NCBI GenBank assembly: GCA_038741355.1
Contig: JAVYLC010000010.1
Span: forward strand, 6,212-38,211
DNA: 32,000 nucleotides
Direction: 5' to 3'
Source of the DNA: Nitrososphaerota archaeon
GTDB taxonomy: Archaea > Thermoproteota > Nitrososphaeria_A > Caldarchaeales > Calditenuaceae
A program made the translations under genes and the position numbers. This document shows positions 27,529 to 32,000 of this stretch, one piece after another. Under the pieces are notes generated by a model. The model was not told the origin of the DNA. It did not search any database and saw nothing but the letters and a program-made list of their open reading frames with translations. Each line of letters opens with the position of its first letter. Position 1 is the stretch's first letter.

Positions 27529-27545
27529 GGATAATTCTAAGCATA

Positions 27546-27553
27546 TTTATATA
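27546..27553 (+). promoter_or_regulatory. TATA box candidate for the helicase gene
   Basis: tttatata starts 9 nt after the right target-site duplication and lies ~35 nt upstream of the in-frame TTG at 27587. Confidence 0.4.
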
Positions 27554-27586
27554 GCCAGCTATGGTATAGGGCTTGACTGGGAAATC

Positions 27587-30500
27587 TTGAAAGATACTGG
27601 GGAAATTCTGCGAGAGCTGGGATATGATTTCTATACTCTAGATGAAGGACCAGTTAAACCCGAGCTAACAGATGTAACATTTTCACAGCTTATCCCTCGT
27701 CTCTCCTCTTCAGGACTAGAGATCGCGGGTAAGAGGCTCTATAGACACCAGCTTGAGGCCTACAACGTCTTGGTAGCTGGGAAGAACCTGATACTCCGCT
27801 CAGGGACAGGGTCGGGGAAGACTGAGGCTTGGTTCGCCTACGCAGCCAGCCATGACGCAAGGGTCCTCGCAATCTATCCGACGCTAGCCCTCTCCAACGA
27901 CCAGGTCAACCGTCTGAAGACCTACTGTGAAGCCTTGGGGATGAAGGTATCCATCATCGACGCGCCCACGAGGAGTAGGCTCGCCCAGAGCGTGGGTGTA
28001 AGAGAGCTGAGGCGGGAGCTGGCATCCTCAAACCTAGTCGTCACCAATCCCGCTTATCTATTCTTGGAGATCAAGAAGTTGGGGAGTGACAGGCCTCCCC
28101 TGCTTAGGGAGTTTCTCTCCAACCTAGACCTACTCGTTATAGACGACATCGACTTCTACTCGCCACGTAGCCTCGCCATTCTCTTAGCGATTTGCAGGAT
28201 ATTGAGGGAGAGGACATCCCCCCGCTTAAGATACGCCATCTTGACGGCGATGCTTGAGAACCCGGGGGAGCTTGCAGGATTCCTCCAAGCCATAACCGGG
28301 ATAGATGCGGTGATTGTGGATGGCAAGCCCTTCCACCCGCGCAACACATGCTATGTAGTCGTGGGGCGTAACCTCCATATGGTCTGGAACCGCCTTAGGG
28401 AGAGGAGGGACGAGATTCTGCGAATAGGGGCTGGAAGAGACCTAGTCGCCGCACTCGAGAGCTATGACGAATTCCGTAGGAATGTTTACAAGGTCATTGA
28501 GGCGGCCCGAGCCGCCGGTCTTGACTTAACTGGGCTGAACCCATACCCTGACCCCGCAGAACTGATCGCGAAGTACGCCGATGATGATGGCTTAACCATA
28601 GTTTTCACCCAGAGCATAGCTAGGGCGGAGGAGCTGAGGAGGCGGGTGGCCGCGGAGGTTGGAGAAGACTCGGTAGCTGCGCATCACCACTTGGTGGATA
28701 AGGAGACTAGGCGGGCTGTGGAGGAGAGGGCGAGGACTGGTGCCCTGAGGCTTCTCATCTCGCCAAGAACCCTCTCCCAGGGAATCGATATAGGGGACGT
28801 AGTCAGGATAGTCCACGTAGGCCTGCCCGACAGTCTTAGAGAGTTTCTCCAGAAGGAGGGGAGGAAGGGCCGGAGGGAGGAGGTTGGGTGGACCGAGTCA
28901 GTAATCATCCCCAGCTCTTCTTGGGACTATAACCTCCTCAAGAGGGGTACAGGCGCGCTTGTCAAGTGGCTCTCAATTGGTCGCGAGCGCGTGGTCGTCA
29001 ACCCTAGCAACAAATACGTCATGCTTGTCGAGGCTCTCTTTAAGGCTACACGTCCCGGCGGTGTCCGGAACCTAACACCAGAGGAGTCAAAACTGCTCAC
29101 AAGCCTCGGAATGCTTCGGGAATATGCACTGACGGGTGTGGGGAAGAGGGCTTGGATGAAGATCAACTTCTACGAGTTCGCACCAAGCCTCGGGATTAAG
29201 AGGATTAGGCGGAAGAGGGACGGCTCCGAGCAGTACCTCGAGGATATATCGCATGTGGACTTGGTAGAGAGGTTCCAGATCGGCTGCATAGACTACACGT
29301 CAGACGGCCTAGTCACTAGGCATGCTCGTAGTCCCGAGGCAGGCAGGCTCGTCACCTCAATAGTCGTTGAGGACATCTCGGAGCAGGTTCTGAGGAGATA
29401 CGAATCCCTCGCTTTAGCACTTGAGGAGTATGAGGCTGTTAAGAGGAGGTGGGGAGAGGAATCTTCAATCGCTTCAGATTACTATGGGGGGCGCCTCCAC
29501 ACAGAGGTTGACTGCCTCGTTAAGCCTCCGGAGGGCTTTGGACTCTATGTTAAACTACCTAATCACATAGACTGGATACTTCGGAGCATAAGGCTAGATG
29601 TTTTCGTCGTGGACGGGAGGACAATTGTGTCGCCTAGGCGTCGAGTAATACCGGTCCCCACACCCACAAACGGTGTCTACACAGACTACACGTATGGCAC
29701 GCTGGTAGAGGCGGATCCGACTGACGACCCCTCCATGCTGAGGCTCGGAATGGCGCTCACCGAGATAGTGATGAGGAGGAGGCTGGGGGTACCGTTTGAG
29801 ACGATAAAGTATGACGTGATAGTGGTTGGTGACAGAAAGTTTGTCTCAATTCATGAGCCGGAGTCTGCAGGGCTTCTGGAGAAGTTTGATTGGCTGGGGC
29901 TTAGGAGACTTGTCGAGGAGTATGTCCCAGACGAGCTGGATGAGTGCCTGCTGGAGGCCATCAACGAGATGGCGTATGCGGCCTTGATGAGTAGGGGCTT
30001 CGACTGGGCTCCTGCCAAACACTATGCCTCAAAGATCCTCGACAGACTTGTCCTGAGGGAGAGGCTCAGGCTCCAGCTTCCAATCGGCGAGGTCTCGGTG
30101 CCAAGGCCCAGCAGAGCCCTCAAAAAATGCGTCGTCGCCGGAAACTACTATGCCCTAGACGAATCCTCATCCTTCCTAGTCTACTGCATCGGAGTCTTCG
30201 ACGGCGAGTCTGTCAGGGGCTCAGCAGGGCTCAAGACGCCGGAGGGGCCGGACAACGCCTACATCGAGGCCTCATCCATAATCTCAGGACTCCTCGACGC
30301 TGGCCTCAACCTGCTGGTATACGACTCGCAGGAGTTCCTAGGAATGCTCGACCGGCTGGGCATGCGCTCCCTAAAGGCTAAGCTGATGGGTGCCTCCTCT
30401 CTTGGGCTTGTCGAGGACGTCTCAGAAAGGTCTGCGAGGGTCTTGGGGGAGAGGCTCCCGCTCACCGAGGCCTGCAGGGTTCTCGGAGTCCAGACGACTG

Positions 30501-30706
30501 CCCAGCCCATAGAAGTCGCGGCTACCGCCTCGAGGGCAGATGCAACCCCCTCAAACCCCTACTGGCTCAGGGAAGCGCTTGAGAAGATCGGGCCCGAGAT
30601 TGAACGGGTGACCGGCGATGACCTCCGCTCAATCTACATGCTGGAACTAGTACTCGAGGAGCTCGAGAGGAGTGTCAGGGGTGTTCAGGCTTCTGGAGAG
30701 TATTAA
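27587..30706 (+). CDS. Large SF2 helicase of the MrfA/YprA/Hrq1-like (COG1205, DEAD/DEAH plus DUF1998-like) type with an extra C-terminal module
   Basis: The track ORF starts at 27413, inside the IS remnant. The first in-frame start downstream of the element is TTG 27587. Motifs seen: RLYRHQLEAYN; Walker A GTGSGKT (27803-27823); motif Ia IYPTLALSNDQ; motif II LLVIDDIDFY (DDID at 28142-28153); motif III LTAML; motif V LISPRTLSQGIDIG; motif VI QKEGRKGRR. Then come the family-typical VVNPSNKYVMLVEALFKA and a DUF1998-like block LRLGMALTEIVMRRRLGVPFETIKYD...VSIHEPESAGLLEKF. Confidence 0.8.
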   Translation: MKDTGEILRELGYDFYTLDEGPVKPELTDVTFSQLIPRLSSSGLEIAGKRLYRHQLEAYNVLVAGKNLILRSGTGSGKTEAWFAYAASHDARVLAIYPTLALSNDQVNRLKTYCEALGMKVSIIDAPTRSRLAQSVGVRELRRELASSNLVVTNPAYLFLEIKKLGSDRPPLLREFLSNLDLLVIDDIDFYSPRSLAILLAICRILRERTSPRLRYAILTAMLENPGELAGFLQAITGIDAVIVDGKPFHPRNTCYVVVGRNLHMVWNRLRERRDEILRIGAGRDLVAALESYDEFRRNVYKVIEAARAAGLDLTGLNPYPDPAELIAKYADDDGLTIVFTQSIARAEELRRRVAAEVGEDSVAAHHHLVDKETRRAVEERARTGALRLLISPRTLSQGIDIGDVVRIVHVGLPDSLREFLQKEGRKGRREEVGWTESVIIPSSSWDYNLLKRGTGALVKWLSIGRERVVVNPSNKYVMLVEALFKATRPGGVRNLTPEESKLLTSLGMLREYALTGVGKRAWMKINFYEFAPSLGIKRIRRKRDGSEQYLEDISHVDLVERFQIGCIDYTSDGLVTRHARSPEAGRLVTSIVVEDISEQVLRRYESLALALEEYEAVKRRWGEESSIASDYYGGRLHTEVDCLVKPPEGFGLYVKLPNHIDWILRSIRLDVFVVDGRTIVSPRRRVIPVPTPTNGVYTDYTYGTLVEADPTDDPSMLRLGMALTEIVMRRRLGVPFETIKYDVIVVGDRKFVSIHEPESAGLLEKFDWLGLRRLVEEYVPDELDECLLEAINEMAYAALMSRGFDWAPAKHYASKILDRLVLRERLRLQLPIGEVSVPRPSRALKKCVVAGNYYALDESSSFLVYCIGVFDGESVRGSAGLKTPEGPDNAYIEASSIISGLLDAGLNLLVYDSQEFLGMLDRLGMRSLKAKLMGASSLGLVEDVSERSARVLGERLPLTEACRVLGVQTTAQPIEVAATASRADATPSNPYWLREALEKIGPEIERVTGDDLRSIYMLELVLEELERSVRGVQASGEY

Positions 30707-30813
30707 GGTTAAAGGTTATAAAATTGATAGATACATTAATTACCGCCACTCATTATATGTCCATGCTATCGCTCGTTATTTGGTAGTCTCGGCGCCACTA
30801 CGTGTCCTATCTC

Positions 30814-31033
30814 TCAGGTTTCTGAGTAGGCTATTATCTCCAGTAGCTTGTTTGAGGACTGGGGTGTCTCGCATAGCCTAATTTTAGCTGTTGCTGTATT
30901 GGGTAGGGTTTTATAAGCTTGTAGAGTAGTATTTCGTTAAAGTACCGTATTATGGTCTTGGTGTCTGTTGTGGTCTGTATGGATGCCTCCGAGAGCCCGT
31001 CCCCTCATGACGGGACTCCACTGATAGGCTGCT
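30814..31033 (-). pseudogene. Degenerate gene fragment (copy A of the repeated module; inverted relative to 10543-10824)
   Basis: The minus strand reads ...KQPISGVPS*GDGLSEASIQTTTDTKTIIRYFNEILLYKLIKPYP, then a frameshift, then NTATAKIRLCETPQSSNKLLEIIAYSET*. This aligns with the 10543-10824 frame. There is a 17-nt perfect match: 30821-30837 is the reverse complement of 10747-10763. Confidence 0.5.
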
Positions 31034-31140
31034 TGGGGAGGTGGTAGTGGTTTACTCGGAGAATTAGCAGTCTCAGCCGATGCTACATTTTCGCCACGGT
31101 CTCTAAAGGATTATAAAACTCACAGGCATATCCTACAGCC

Positions 31141-31818
31141 ATGGCTGTTGTTGGGGTGGCCTGCCTCCGGGCTGAGACACCTCTAGTTGCGCAGGGAGCG
31201 CGCGGGGATCCGCAGCCATCCCCACCCGACAAGGCCGCTGAGCTACCGGGGAGTGGGTGTGGAGGAAAAACTCAGTGGAGGTGTTTGGGGCGGGTTCTCG
31301 GAAGAGTGCCGCCGAAGTCTAGACTAACTAGGTACGGGTTGTTCCAAGTAACTGTTTACTCAAAGGTCCTCTGCGAACTGCTCCGAAAGCCTGTAGACAT
31401 AGACAAGCTAAGGCCTTTTATAGAACACTGCGAAGACTGCGCGAAGAACTTTCTAAAGGGATTCTTCGCCTCAGAAGGCTCAGTAACCAATAATGGATCT
31501 ATACTATGCTATAATTCAGACAAAAGACTGCTCAACTATGTTAAGAGGCTTCTTAGACATTTATGAATTGAAGTAACCGGCCCGCATCTACGTGTGAAAA
31601 GAGGGGCCCTCCTCTTCGATAAAAGACAGGGAAAGACATACCGAACAAGAAAGAACCTCTATTACCTCTACATCACGGCGCCGAGCTGGCTAAAATTCTA
31701 CGAGCTAGTAGGTTTCACAATAATGAGAAAAAAAGCAAAGACTCGAAAACTACCTGAGGAGGCGAGGACTACTAGACACGCCACTCAACCAACTCTTCTC
31801 CACTTCTCCCTCTCCTAA
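31141..31818 (+). pseudogene. LAGLIDADG-type homing-endonuclease-like gene interrupted by one in-frame TGA (31564-31566)
   Basis: The two track ORFs 31141..31566 and 31594..31818 are in the same frame (453 nt apart) and are separated only by the TGA. The sequence reads ...NFLKGFFASEGSVTNNGSILCYNSDKRLLNYVKRLLRHL-*-IEVTGPHLRVKRG...YYLYITAPSWLKFYELVGFTIMRKKAK. LKGFFASEGSV is a LAGLIDADG motif, and LL..L(G)I plus F...GF...RK are the usual downstream blocks. Confidence 0.7.
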
Positions 31819-31851
31819 TCCATACTCACAATATACAGGCTACGCCGGGAG

Positions 31852-32000
31852 TCATACCGGAAAAGGCTTCTGGAGTTTCATACCGGAGAGAGCCTCCATG
31901 ACGCTGGCTATGTAGCTGTCAACCCTGTCCGAAGCGATGCCTGCGCGTTTTAGCTCCTCCTTTATGTAGCGCTCAACGAGTCTATAGTTCTTGAAGAGCT
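31852..32000 (-). CDS. Hypothetical protein, C-terminal end only (the gene runs off the right edge)
   Basis: The minus-strand frame is open to the window edge: ...LFKNYRLVERYIKEELKRAGIASDRVDSYIASVMEALSGMKLQKPFPV*, with the stop at 31854-31852. No family was recognised. Confidence 0.35.
   Translation of the reverse strand, partial: LFKNYRLVERYIKEELKRAGIASDRVDSYIASVMEALSGMKLQKPFPV

Noticed and set aside
27413-27586. The N-terminal 58 codons of the 1097-aa track ORF (TTG start at 27413).
   Set aside because: This stretch lies inside, and reads through, the right end and target duplication of the IS6-like remnant, in a frame that is not the transposase frame. Before the insertion, the same frame was closed upstream with no start codon. 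The helicase more plausibly starts at TTG 27587, downstream of the TATA at 27546-27553.
31564-31566. Selenocysteine recoding of the in-frame TGA in the LAGLIDADG-like ORF.
   Set aside because: Sec use is known in only a few methanogen lineages among cultivated archaea. The position corresponds to a conserved Gly, not a redox Cys. No SECIS-like structure was evident. A GGA->TGA nonsense mutation is simpler.
1-32000. A CRISPR array, cas genes or a prophage/integrase block.
   Set aside because: I saw no regularly spaced direct repeats in any intergenic region. No Cas, integrase or capsid-like motifs appear in any ORF of the track.

Overview
All calls come from reading the sequence and ORF track by eye; no database search was run. 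This is a compact archaeal chromosomal window, probably from a TACK/Thermoproteota-type thermophile. Support for that: TATA boxes about 25-35 nt upstream of starts, an Sm-L37e operon, an archaeal 7S SRP RNA, and many ATGA/GTGA start-stop overlaps. Most of it is housekeeping. In order: a GT4 glycosyltransferase cluster (three paralogues plus a small wHTH protein), MetAP, a membrane-fused spermidine-synthase-like protein, PdxS, ThrC followed by a MoaD/SAMP-like protein ending in GG, MoaB, aconitase, L37e plus Sm, an OCD/mu-crystallin enzyme, a complete pstSCAB-phoU operon with a divergent AbrB-PhoU regulator, a GH51 arabinofuranosidase, RlmE, GrpE, the SRP RNA, and HypA with a Mrp/MinD-type (ATPase-type) HypB. 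Three patches look accessory or decayed. (1) 9.0-10.9 kb holds a long non-coding stretch, a two-gene cassette whose first gene is frameshifted at an A7 run, and startless pseudogene fragments. (2) 26.2-27.6 kb holds a train of tiny unassignable ORFs and an internally deleted IS6-like element with perfect 18-bp terminal inverted repeats and a 9-bp target duplication. (3) 30.7-31.9 kb holds an inverted, diverged second copy of the 10-kb pseudogene module, including a LAGLIDADG-type ORF broken by a single in-frame TGA. The two module copies bracket about 20 kb of core genes in inverted orientation. The most unusual intact gene is a ~1040-aa MrfA/YprA/Hrq1-like (COG1205) SF2 helicase at 27587-30706. 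It has degenerate motifs II and III, no visible Zn-Cys cluster, and an extra ~200-aa C-terminal module. It sits between the IS remnant and the decayed homing-endonuclease module. No CRISPR array, tRNA or rRNA gene was found.
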